Assembly: GCF_003918875.1 (NCBI RefSeq)
Contig: NW_025765370.1
Coordinates: 1,054,001 to 1,118,000, forward strand
Origin: Haliotis rubra
Lineage: Eukaryota
Direction: 5' to 3'
DNA: 64,000 nucleotides
In this document: positions 25,506 to 37,657 of the stretch, piece by piece
How the letters are laid out: each line of letters begins with the position of its first letter
How positions within the stretch are numbered: position 1 is the stretch's first letter
Translations under genes and position numbers: made by a program
The notes under the pieces: model-generated
Told to the model about the DNA's origin: nothing
Database searches by the model: none
What the model saw: the letters and a program-made list of their open reading frames with translations, nothing else

Positions 25506-26610
25506 CGATATTGCGACATAAAGATATGACGATATAGCGATACTGCGATAAAGCGAAATTGCGATAATGCGAAATGGTTATACGCGACATGGCGAAACAG
25601 CGATACTGCGATACTGCGATATATTCATCTTTATATGAGTTTTTGTTTATGTGGTATGTGCGTATGTGTATGTGTGTGTGATGCGTCCATGTTGTATTTG
25701 AATCAGTATCGTATTAGCTTAAGTCAGAAAGCAGACACTTTCTAGGGATTTCACGTAATGATAATATTCGGTGTATGCAAGTGGATTATATTCAGTAGTG
25801 ATCTTCTATGCGTGCATAGCATGAATATGGTGCTATTGTGTAACTCATCGTCTGAATCATCAAAATGCAGCAACAACCGAATAATACATACAGAAAGAAA
25901 CAAACATGATCGACGAAACACCACGAAGAGAACATAATAAGATGGAGTGGTTATTATTATTTAAGACTGGATCTCTTAAAGCAGCTGTTCAACTTCGGCG
26001 TCATATCACCGGTAATTTAAGCACCACGGAACAACGTCGGCGAATGGACTCATTGTTCCATCCATAAGTGTAGAAAATTACACTAAATGCAAAAAGGTTT
26101 TATTTATTTACTGGTTTTCTTTAAATAGTCATTACTAGCATATCATTTAGCTGATTATATTCAATCTTAATACATACAACACGAAGTAAAGGTTTGTTAT
26201 TGTACAAATTTATCATTGTCTTATCTTTAAAACCATCGTATGAGTTACAACCAAAAAGTGTTATTAATAAATTTACTTTATATGTAAAAATAAGGTTCTG
26301 CTTTTTTAAAAATAAAGTGTACTATTCAGCTTTTTCTCGAATTGGGTAAACTGCGATGCCGTTTTGGGATGTACATGTCTGTTAAGGCCTATGACAAACG
26401 GCGCGTAAACGTGTTGCAACTAAGCATACACGTGAGCGTTAATTAAGCACCACCTGAAACTAATGGCAATTTTAAAACTTCTAATTCAAACAGGTGATCA
26501 TACTAGAATGCACGAATGCACATGTAAAGCACGTGCTTCACCCAATATATAAAACGCAGTTCGTCGCAGGTTCATGTGCTGCAAAGGCGCCTAGCACACT
26601 GGGGTATATA

Positions 26611-28103
26611 TACTCTCCCCAAAAAGAAACGCATGTAGGAATTTCAACTGTATTTTTATGTATATTTTGAAACATCTTGTAGGCTTTATGAGTCAATGAA
26701 ATATAGCGAAATTGCACTCTGGGAATGCAGACTTATCCGTCTTTGGCACCAACTCGAGGAAAGTCAGTTTGAGTGTCACATGGAGACGTGTGGTGGCGGT
26801 GAAGTCAATACCTCGTGTGACCACCGTGGGCAACCAGAACTGCACGTCATCACCTCGGCATCGAACGAATAAGTCTCAGAATTTTGTGTTGCCCAATCGC
26901 AGCCCACTCTGCCTGTAGTGCCTGTGCGAGTTGCTGAAGTGTCTGGGGCTGAGGGTTACGGCGTCGCACCCGTCTGTCCAGGGCATCCCACAGATGTTCG
27001 ATCGGGTTTAAGTCCGGTGATCTTGGGGGCCAGGGGAGCACATTGATGTTGTGACGTCTCTAGTGTGACGTGCTGTGTGTGGCCTGGCATTGTCCTGTTG
27101 AAACAACTCCCTCTGGCGATCAATGATTGGAAGGAGGTGTGGGCGTAGGTTTTCGTCACAGTACCGTTGGGCTGTCAGGTTGCCCTGGATCATCACCAAA
27201 TCACTTCTACGGCAGGTGACATCACCCCCACCCAATCACTTCTACGGCCGAATCTGTCCGCCTGGGGAACGTAAGCGTCGGCACGTTCACGTCGACGTCT
27301 GTACACCCGCATTCTTCCATCGCGTCGTTCCAATAGAAATCGTGATTCATCACTGAACCAGATTCTACGCCAATTCGGTAGGTTCCAGGCCTGAACGTTG
27401 GTGCACCATTGAACTCGATGTCGACGATGTTGTTGTCGAAGCACAGGGCCAAAATAAGGTCTTCTGGCACGTAAACCAGCCTCTCAACCTGTTCCTGACG
27501 GTCTGTGCAGAAAGCCTCCTCAATCCGGGTATTTGTCGAGCGGTACTGGTCTCCGTAGCTGTTCGATGACGCAAGTGATGTACCCGGATGTAGCGATCCT
27601 GCGCCGCAGTGGTCGCTCGAGGTCGCCCACTACGAGGGGCATCTGCTACCGCATTCTGCCGGCGATATCTCTCCCAGAGCCGTGAAATGGTGCCTTGGTG
27701 AACATTCATGCGTCGGGCAACTGCACGTTGAGACTGGCCAGCTTCAAGCAAACCAATGGCGATATGACGGTTGGCTTCACTTAGACGTGGCATTTTGCGT
27801 TCGTCAACAATATTCCAAATACAGTGAATAATCGACAGACAGCGATCAACCTTTTATACCCATCATTGAGACTATCTGATCCCCAACTTTCACGTGCATT
27901 ACATGTGAATTGTGTATTCTGTGACACTACACGCCGAAATTGAAAATCATGCTGTTAAATACGGGTATTTTCCGGATGGTGCGTTTTGTTGTGATGTTTC
28001 AAAACATAAACACCATAGGACTCATAAACAGAGCAAAACCTTTTGTAAAATGAATCACGTTTTAATTCATTGCTACATGATGCGTTTCCTTTTTGGGAGA
28101 GTA
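26611..28103 (-). mobile_element. Tc1-family transposon with TIRs at both ends and a frameshifted transposase
   Basis: TIRs TACTCTCCC(C)AAAAAG(G)AAACGCA at both ends, TA TSD. Confidence 0.92.
26805..27793 (-). pseudogene. Tc1 transposase pseudogene
   Basis: HTH and GRPR motif, WFSDESRF, FQQDNARPH, WPPRSPDLNPIEHLWD and C-terminal GGHTRY*, spread over several frames. Confidence 0.92.
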
Positions 28104-28199
28104 TATTTCAAAATTGCAGTATGTGCACTCTGAACTGATATAAAGTTCTAAACATTAACTTTTCTTGACACGGCATGAAGTAGACTTTCGTAAAACGGA

Positions 28200-28691
28200 A
28201 ACTTATTGGCATGAATGACGCCTGCATGCCATGTCAGCATCGGTGCCAAAGTGAACATTATAACGGTTGTTAGTTGACTTGTAAGTAAGCACGTGGTCAC
28301 CGGTGAACTGAAGGATCGTCCAAGACCAGAAAGATCGAGAAGGCCAATGACCTTGTTGATGCCCCATACCGAGGAATTGTGGCGACAAAGGAAATTGGCT
28401 GGGCAGGGGTACGTCGTCAATTAGACTCACCCATTTGGAGAACAACGCCATCGAAACATCACCATGACGTACAAGGAACCCCGATAGAACCCCATCAAGC
28501 ACCTTAGAGACTACATTGGACGCCAAAATAGAGCTGGGGCTTCTCCTGTACAAAATCTGCAGGATTGGCGCATCGACTCCGTGAAGAATGGCAGAGGAAT
28601 TCGATGCTTAGACTTACGAGGCATGATTGTCAGTATGAGGGGGAGACTGACACATGTTATCCGTGCGAGGGGTGGCAACACCAGGTACTGA
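28200..28691 (+). pseudogene. Internally deleted relic of a different Tc1 transposase
   Basis: DRPRP-like N-terminal segment and C-terminal MIVSMRGRLTHVIRARGGNTRY*, typical of Tc1 ends. Confidence 0.6.
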
Positions 28692-29704
28692 TGCGGTCGC
28701 CAGTGATGGTTCATACAATCACAACAATTATATTATTTGAGAACTTTTTGACAATTAGATTGGTGACGTAGTCATGGTGACCAAACTTTCCGGCATTGTC
28801 CAGCAATTTCAGTTTTGTTTTTGTTTTAATCAGAGTCAAATATTTCTGTTAACATTTTAATACACGGGATTTTTTATTTATTTTTAACGTGTAGTGTTTC
28901 TGTACTTATTTAGATAAAATGTGGGTGATGCTTCATTTAATCCTTTTGTGTACATGACCATATCCACACGTTTTTAACTGTTTGTTTCCAAATCGTTTTC
29001 CAGTGGCATCATGTTATAACAACTACAAGACAGCATGCTTAATACCATGATCCAGACTTTCATAATCTATGAATAATATATTATCTATATAGACAGAATG
29101 ATTAATCATATACATTTATTATATATCTGAATTCATACTTTATTAACTAGAATTTTACCCCCAAATGTTTACATTCCCATACATGTACCTTCCCAGTAAA
29201 ATCCTGGTGCTCTAGCCTCGACACATCTGATAAAAACAAATGAATTGGACCTACTTTTGTATCAAATACTTTAATCCAATCATGTGTAATATTGTATCCA
29301 GGGCTGTTTAGTTGGGCTATCTGTCTCCTCAAACACAGAAGCTCCTCAGCAGGTCAACAACACTTTATTCGGCGTCAAATATACAATTACATGATATTGC
29401 AGCAACGCACAGATAGCATCTCAGAGGGGATCATCAGTCCACCTGCCTTGCCGTTGTATGAGGGTCCAGTCCCGTTGAACGCCAGAATTCTATATATATT
29501 CTCACTTCCAGGCATCCTTGTATCGTATGTACAGTACATGTATGGTCAGTCCGCAGTATCCAGTACCTCATCCACAATATTAAGCTTCCGTGGCCAAAAG
29601 GCCATATGCAGTTGACCTACCTATACATGGCTTTGCTGACGGCCATGGTTATAATGGTCAAACTGCTCTGTAAAGATTTAGATATACTACTTTTACTTAA
29701 ATCA

Positions 29705-29950
29705 ATGAGTGAGTGAGTTTAGTTTAACGCCACACTCAGCACTATTCCAGCTATATGTTGGCGGTCTGTAAATAATCGAGTCTTGACCACACAATCCAGT
29801 TATCAACAGCATAAGCATCGATCTACGGAATTGGGAACCGATAACATGTGTCAACCAAGCCAGCGAGTCTGACCACCCGATCCCGTTAGTCGCCTCTTAC
29901 GACAAGATTGGGTTACTGAAGATCAATTCTAACCCGGACCTTCACGGGTG
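29705..29950 (-). mobile_element. SINE family B, full length
   Basis: Same 5' start CCCGTGAAGGTCCGGGTTAG, core and tail. Confidence 0.9.
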
Positions 29951-30423
29951 ACTCAACTCACTGACAGGAGCACACGAACGTATCTATACTCCACTTTAAA
30001 ACCTATATCCCGCCAAATTGCCAACGATAATTGTCAAAAACACTGAGATCTGAGATTGATTTACTACACCTACTGAAATTATTTGGTGTGCAATGTATTA
30101 TGTACTTATTTATAGATAAAGAAGATAACAACTTTTCGTTTATAACGATATTTTCCTTTCTTGATAAGCAACCACCATTCTTAAAAATAAATCCTTCAGA
30201 GATCGATTTCCCATAAGATCAGGCAGATCGATCAGGTACCGTAAGAGCCCAACTCTATTCTGATGGCCTACAGAGTATCACAGTTTGGAATATGTCATCA
30301 GTCATCGTGCTTTTGGATGAGCTATTTCAGTAGAATGGATGGTTTTACGAGTACGTTTATCTCACATACTTCCCGCTATCTTATTATCAAATCCTAAGAA
30401 TGAATCAACTTACCCGCTTTTCT

Positions 30424-30775
30424 ACATATCGCCATATCGCAATGTCGCTGTATCGCCATATTGCGTCACCAAAATCGCAATATCGCCTTTTCGCGTAACC
30501 GCCATATCGCCAATGGCGCGCCGTTTTATCGCCATGTCGTGTCGTGTTATCGCAATGACGTGTCGAGTTGTTGCCATTTCGTGTTCCGTTATCGCCATAT
30601 CGTGTCTAGTTATCGCCATGTCGTGTCGTGATATCGCTATTTCGTTTTTTACTGTATCGCAATATCGCTATATCGTGTCGCCATATCGCAATATCGTGTC
30701 GTGCTATCGCTTTGTCGCGATATCGCCTAGATTTTTTCAGGGCGACAAAGCGATGGCCCGAATGAGCCACCATTC
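30424..30775. repeat. ATCGC/ATCGT-rich short-period array, inverted relative to 25506-25625; probable subterminal repeats of a DNA transposon
   Basis: Dense repeats of ATATCGCC/GTCGTG; reverse-complementary in composition to the GCGATA-rich tract at 25.5 kb. Confidence 0.55.
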
Positions 30776-33094
30776 TTAGACATTACGTACATATATAACG
30801 TCTTAAAGCGACACATGGGAAAGAACACTCTGCCCAAGCATACTGAATAGTGCTGGTATTGGCATACAACCTGGATACAATACATCATGATACTAAAATT
30901 TTAGTCACAACGATATATTGCCAAAGTATACGAATCCCGATACAAGGGTATATACGATACGTATCACGATACTAAAATCTTTAATTCTAACATCAACTAT
31001 AAAACACCTCAAGATCAAAACAAAACCATTTTAAAGTATTTCGTCAAATTCCACCGGCGTTTTTCAATGTTCATTCGCAAATGAGATAAGTAAGTTTATA
31101 CAAGGACTTTGTGAATGTTAAGGTCACATGCAACCAAAAAATCAAACATAATTAAAACACAATTATCACTTCTTCATGACATATAATATGCATTGCTGAT
31201 TATGAAAAAACAAATAAACAAAATTATAAGCGTATAGTCGCAAATCAAAAGTGCAATATTTTGTACTTGGGTTTACCTCCCTCGAAACGAAGCAGCCGGG
31301 ATACCGAACCCAGTCAGAGCGGGTGGGTGTGCACTCAAGTGTAACGGCTGGTTCATTAGCAGATGCCGCCTCCACGGCTCAATTGTGTGTGTATATATAG
31401 AAAGTTTGGTTTTGTAAATACATGCTCATTTTTTGTGTATAACATTTTGCAATCAACAGACACCATAACATGTCATGTGTTCAAGTATCACACCTGCCTG
31501 TCTGTGTAATTACATAATGTGACAGAGACCGAAGTCGGGCCATAAATCAATGCGTTTTGTTTATGGTGTATAGCCTTATAGGTGTTAAGTTCAAATTGCA
31601 TGTGGTCAGTGATTGCAGTTGTGTATTGAATATTGTCATTAGCAGACAGGCAGGCAGACACACAGGTGTCAATAAAACAAGACATTGAGTTTTGTCTGTG
31701 ACAACGACATATCTATATCACAGTTAGAAATTCTGTCAACGCTAAATAATGACATTGCTTTTAAGTATCGAACTGAGAAAGTGACTCGGTAAGAAGAACG
31801 TGTGGTGAAATAGACAAATGAAATTATATAAACAGTTTATTTACTGTCATAACATACAAAATGCTCGCAACTGTGAGATATCAAAAAAAAACATTATGAA
31901 ACTAGCTCACACCAAAGCCTTCACCGAGTATTCACCAGACAGCCCGCTTCCAAGTTGCGCGAACCTATTTCACTGCGCACGTGCTATGAGCGCAGCCAGC
32001 TGTTGAAACCCGTATTCCCCAGAAAAGTCTGGGGAAAATTAGTGAAACGTTTGAACTCCGATTTCGCGCGTTTTTTTTCATCGCGTTATTTTTCAACTTT
32101 ATAAGTTGAATTTGCATTTTTTGACGCTTTGTTTCGGTAAGTCCATAACGAAAGGTATCAGAATCTGCAAAGTTGTGTTTTACGTTGCATGTGACCTTTA
32201 ATAAAATGCGAGCGCTGTGTTTGACCAGAGACCATATAATAGATATGGTCTCTGGTTTGACACAGTCCCTGACGCAAGAATTTCCGAGAAACTTATGAAG
32301 GGAAAATAAGTATGCATATATTATAATCATCAAACAAAAGTAAGTCTTCCTTGACAGATATCGCGATTCGGCAATTGTCAAAGTTCAACATCGATGTATC
32401 GTGGCCCATTTGAAGTATTTTATCGGGATATACAACAATGTAAAATTTTGTATCGATTCACTGTACATATCGGCGGCTCATGGATCGATGCATCGATGCG
32501 TATCGATGAATCGTCACACCACTAATGTTCATGCTATTGATCACTGGATTGTCTGGTCCAGACTCGGTTATTTACAGACCGCCGCCATATACATATCTAG
32601 CGGGAATATTGCTGAGTGTGGCGTTAAACAGCAAACCAACCCAATCACGGTATTCACAAGTATTCACTACCACTTTTCTCGAATAATCAGCTGAAACTTT
32701 TGGTATCCACAACACTGAATATGGTAGCGTATAGCAAAGGTACAAGTAGGCTTTCAACAGCCATTACATGTACATGTATGTTCAGCCTTGCATTAAGCAT
32801 CCATAAGGTTCTATTGAATATTTTAAACCACACATTCTTGGTCATCAATATTTCAAAAGGAGAATTTAGCTGAGAGTATTTTCTTTGTATAGAATTTGAT
32901 TTGCGAAACGGAACTTGAATCAGTTCTATTTGTATGTTTTTGGATGTATAAACTGTTTTCAGTTTTACGTTTTGTCGCATTTCTGAGTCAATACCATTGA
33001 TGTGATGGGACAAAGAGACTGTTTTCTTTACTCAGCTGTCAAACATCTCAATCAAGACAAGTTTTTTTCAGGGTGGGTTTTGTTTAATCGTTTA

Positions 33095-33225
33095 CTTACC
33101 TCCCTTTACCCGGAAGTCCTTGTCGCGCAGGTGCCCGTGGTCGTTGTGATTGACTACAAGAATTATCAGGTTGACAGTTTTGACAAGTGGAGATGATTTC
33201 AGACAACTGACAAGATGAGTTTCAG
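33095..33225 (+). promoter_or_regulatory. Promoter and first exon of the CCDC66/CSPP1-like gene
   Basis: TTACCTCCCTT followed by ETS CCGGAAGT (about 33110); exon ends ATG AGT TTC AG|GTAAAG (ATG at 33215). Confidence 0.6.
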
Positions 33226-34322
33226 GTAAAGTTTTGAAAACCCTATATTTGTTATTTGTTTTGATATTTTAGTTTGCTTTCTCTTTTAACGTATCTAGGC
33301 GTGATAAGTATGGATCATGTTCGAAATGGAATACTGGTGTTGGTGTTATCGCATGTTTGATCTCCGTGCTCTGTTGTTTTGCTTTTCCCAATATCTGCAT
33401 TGACCAGGTTCGACACTGTCACGGGGGTATTGCTCTGTACAGTACGGCACGTTTGACGAGCATCCTAAATTTACAAATACAAGATTGACCAGGCTCATAG
33501 AATAAATGTCTGCAAACCACAGTGAAATTATTGTATTATTAAAAATGGAGAATGGAAATGTGGTCTTAGTCATTCATGTAGGCCTAGGACGGTTCACTTC
33601 TAATTCATTACGTGTACTCTGTTTGGCTAAACTTCAAGATATTTTGTAGATACAGGATAATGGGATTGGGAAGAATGTACATTGTATGTCATGGTAATTA
33701 ATCATGGTCTTATTAGGCCCCATTGCCACTAAAATATATTGTGTAAAAACACACATACATAAGTTTAGTTTTCAAACTTTACTTTGACAATGGCGACGTT
33801 TTGGTATAAATTCTTAAACCTTTTTCAAGAATATGGGTTAATGATGGGGGTACACCAGCTTATATACAAGATACATGTTCATATGATAATGAGACAACAA
33901 TAACCAAAAAAATTTTAAAGGTGGGAAAACAAGGCATCAAAGAAAGTTACATGGTGAGCTACAATAACATGATGATGAGCTAAGATAACAAACAGACGTA
34001 TTTTATTTCCTAAAAGCATCACATTGGGGGCATTCAAGTACCACCACCGGCTAATGAAGACAATAGTATTTTGGTAATTAAATGTGATAATGTAAACTCT
34101 ATTGTGCCCAAAGACAGAGACTGAAAATGTTCAAATGTTGACATTGTGAAGGGTGTGTAGTGACATGTAAATCAGTATTTTAGTCCCTTTCAGAAATAAG
34201 ACTTGAGTATGACAGAAGTAAATGAATCAAACACAATGAACTTGAACTTCAACTAGAGATTGAAGCAATGTCTAGAGCAGGTAGATAGGGAACATGTTGT
34301 ACAAGAAATATTGCTGATGTAA

Positions 34323-34720
34323 TAGTGGTGGTCCGATTAGTCGTAGTGACTAAACGACCAAGCAATCGATCACAATTTCTCATAATCGAACACAAACAAT
34401 TCTGGAACACTTGTTTTCATTAACAATATTTTTCACAAGGTTGGTTTTGTCTGTTACATTTCGTAAGCACTACAAGCTCGTTTCAAGTCACGATTGAATT
34501 TATCTTAAAGATTCCAAGAAATTTTTGTTCCTAACATACTAGTTATCCTTTAAAGATGTGAAATTTTGCCCAAAAAACCACAAAGAACTACTTGTTTTTT
34601 ATCTTATTTTTATGTGCATTAAGAAATTTTATAAATGATGCTAACCAATTATTTTCGATGATTGATCGGTAGTAATGAACCGATCATCAATTATGAGGTT
34701 TTAACCAATTCCCAACACTA
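34323..34720. mobile_element. hAT-like MITE
   Basis: Ends TAGTGGTGG / CCAACACTA, 8-bp TSD TGATGTAA, ATCGA-rich subterminal regions. Confidence 0.7.
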
Positions 34721-35146
34721 TGATGTAATCTGAGCGCTGATTTGTCAGCAGTTGCTTGTGTCTCTGGAAAGAACAAGGTCATGTGTATCCATTGTTCGTG
34801 GGCAGTGGATGGATGTAGTGTATACAAATCTGGAAGCCTAGATTGTAACAAACATCCAGCAAAGAAGATGTTCATACATGATTGACCGATTTTTGATTAT
34901 CTGGGGTTCTGAACTTTGTTCTCAAACTCTGACATGTTATATACCTGATTTTTTCGTCATTAAAAAGAAAATTATCTTAGCTTAGGGGCAAGTTCCTTAT
35001 GAAATCAAAGACCAGCATGTTAGCCGACAGTGGCGTTGGACAGATAAAATGTCAGAACCCTGCAGCTGATTTAATGACACTGACACCAAAGTAAGGTTGT
35101 GAACTTAGGTTTGCGATAATTGCATTCTGTTTCTTTTTTTTTTCAG

Positions 35147-35205
35147 TTCTGCAATTCGATTTGAATTGGATGCAAGGGACAAACCTCTTGTCTTTTGGCA
35201 GCTTG
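35147..35205 (+). CDS. CCDC66/CSPP1-like gene, candidate exon 2 (possible ATG at 35170)
   Basis: Strong (T)nCAG acceptor and TTG|GTACGT donor; the ATG-35170 frame ends in phase 0, matching the acceptor at 36885. Confidence 0.5.
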
Positions 35206-36351
35206 GTACGTGGCACTAGTGACTTGATATATTTCTATCTGTTTTATGCAAATTTTACTTTAAGGTAAATTGTGACACACTGAAATGTAACAATTTTGGA
35301 GTTGTGTGTGAGGTAATTTGTTTTCAAATGATTTAGTTGCATGGGAGAAGTTTTCTCTTTTCACCATTTTGTTATGTTTTTACTCTCGACATATAGCATT
35401 TGAGATGTGACTGATAGACGACTGAATCAGTTATGTTAATACCACACTTTGAAATGATAGTTATTTATAGATCTGTATATATGATAAAAATGTTTGCAGA
35501 GTATATTAATCAGTTCATTTACTTAATTCAAATTAGCCAGTTATTTATACAAAGAAGAAATCTAAAGCTTTTTGGTCTCTTATCCACAGGACCAAACGTT
35601 GGTATCCAGAATATGTCTTGAATAGATCTATGTTAAGGTCATTGATGTTGGTTACCATAGCAATTAGTAATATAATCTGGGTGAGGCAAACCATGGACGC
35701 TTATATTATTCCATCATTATAATGGGGACATTTTTATTGCAGCAAAGGAGAAAAAGAACTCTAGAAAAGTAAGTTATCAGGAATTTTGAAAATGCATTTT
35801 ATATACGTCCACATAAAACAGTTTTTGTCTCTCATTTGCCAATCATAAAAAGTTTATTTTAGGGTTTATTGAATTTGGTTCCAATTCCAATGGTTTTAAT
35901 GTTATTTTTCTCATTTCCCAGTTGCACATTTGAAAGAAACTTGTCCTGACCCACCTGACCCACTTTTTGATGTAACCTGTCATAACCCACTTTTTGATGT
36001 AACCTTTTAATGACACACTTTTTGATGTAATCTCTGATGATAGCCAGTAATGGTGTTCATGATTCATCCCCTTGTTTTGTGTTCAATTTGTACAGTTGTG
36101 AATTTACATTGGACTGGTTAGAATATCAAAATATACTAAGAAATGAATTATCAACCTATCTTGTACTTGCCCATATTCTTTTTATAAAAGTTATGAGATA
36201 CAAAACTGTTAATCACCAAATTAATGTGGCCCAAAATTATTGCGAGTGTGGACACATGTTCTAAAATATTTTATGAAGTTAATGCAAGTAGCCTTCCCTT
36301 TAAAATATATAAATATTAAAATAATCCTCCTTACAAGTTGGTGCTATAGTA

Positions 36352-36521
36352 CTGACTGACTGACTGAGTTTGGTTTTACGCCGCTTTTAGCAATATTCCA
36401 GCAATATCACGGCGAGGGACACCAGAAATGGGCTTTACTCATTGTACCCATGTGGGGATTCGAACCCGGGTCTTCGGCGTGACGAGCCAACGCTTTAACC
36501 ACTAGACTACCCCACCGCCCC
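36352..36521 (-). mobile_element. SINE family A, young full-length copy
   Basis: 13-bp TSD TGGTGCTATAGTA; (TCAG)n tail variant. Confidence 0.92.
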
Positions 36522-36569
36522 TGGTGCTATAGTAATGGGTGATAGTAGTTTGATTGAATAATATATTAG

Positions 36570-36734
36570 GGGCGGTGGGGTAGCCTCGTGGTTAAAGCGT
36601 TGGCTCGTCACGCCGAAGACCTGGGTTCGAATCCCCACATGGGTACAATGTGTGAAGCCCATTTCCGGTGTCCCCCGCCGTGATGTTGCTGGAATATTGC
36701 TAAAAGCGGCGTAAAACCAAACTCAGTCAGTCAG
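36570..36734 (+). mobile_element. SINE family A, young full-length copy
   Basis: About 15-bp TSD TGAATAATATATTAG; A box TAGCCTCGTGGT, B box GGTTCGAATCC; (TCAG)n tail. Confidence 0.92.
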
Positions 36735-36884
36735 TGAATAATATATTAGTTGTTGCTGGAAATTATACTTCATCTGTTACTAGTGCTAGACTTGCTATCC
36801 ACCAAGGGATCTGTGTACCTTGTAGATCCAGGGTATTAGGTGTTATTAACCGATTTTGATGGTATATAAAAAAATTCTTTTCAG

Positions 36885-37224
36885 TTTGATTATAAAAGCA
36901 GAAATCAAAGATTTCCACCGAGGCGATTGCACTTTGAGGAGCACTGTGAAGAATGTCGTTTCAATACGTCTCACAAGCATTCCCACAAACATCTTCCGAG
37001 AACCAACTTTGTGAAGAAAAACATGACAGACATCCGAAGTAAATACCACAGCAATTGCAGTGACCGTAGTGAGAAACCTTTTGCAAACAATGTGATCAAC
37101 CGTTGTACGCCTCGGCGGAGGAACACCAACTCCATCACGTTGACGGACTTACAGCTGAACACGCTGTTGGATGCGGTGCGGAACATGTCTCCCAGCAGTC
37201 CGAGCACCATCAGATTCAAGCTGG
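36885..37224 (+). CDS. CCDC66/CSPP1-like gene exon (alternative acceptor giving a start at 36902)
   Basis: Open frame FDYKSRNQRFPPRR..LTDLQLNTLLDAV..IRFKL; donor G|GTGAG, phase 1, matching the next exon. Confidence 0.7.
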
Positions 37225-37332
37225 GTGAGATTCACTGTAGTGTTGTCTTATCAAACTGCAGTGGCCCCAGGTTATTACAGAGACCCCTTAAACCATGCTG
37301 ACTGTACGGGGCAGAGGGTGGGGGGTAGCCAA

Positions 37333-37490
37333 GTGAGTGAGTGAGTTTAGTTTTATGCCGCTTTTAGCACTATTCCAGCAATATCACGGCGGGGGACACC
37401 AGAAATGGGCTTCACACATTGTACCCATGTGGGGAATAAGAACCTGGACCTTCAGCATGATGGGTGAACGCTTTAACCACTAAGCTACCC
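37333..37490 (-). mobile_element. SINE family A
   Basis: Tail, core and B box; abuts the next copy head-to-head. Confidence 0.88.
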
Positions 37491-37657
37491 TGGGCGGTGG
37501 GGTAGCCTAGTGGTTAAAGCGTTCGCTCATCACCCCGAAGACCCAGGTTCTATTCCCCACATGGGTACAATGTGTGAAGCCCATTTCTGGTGTCCCTGCT
37601 GTGATATTGCTGGAATGTTGCTAAAAGCAGCGTAAAGATTCACTCACACTTACTCAC
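37491..37657 (+). mobile_element. SINE family A
   Basis: GGGCGGTGGGGTAGCCTAGTGGTTAAAGCG head, core and tail. Confidence 0.88.

Noticed and set aside
30339-30779. 146-aa ORF and antisense ORF
   Set aside because: Translation of a short-period ATCGC repeat.
31965-33013. 138-aa and 108-aa minus-strand ORFs
   Set aside because: AT-rich, no motifs; the first lies in a probable hAT-like repeat with ATCGAT subterminal motifs whose ends could not be fixed.
36570-36645. tRNA gene (Asp-like GTC loop)
   Set aside because: It is the head of a multi-copy SINE with core, tail and TSD.
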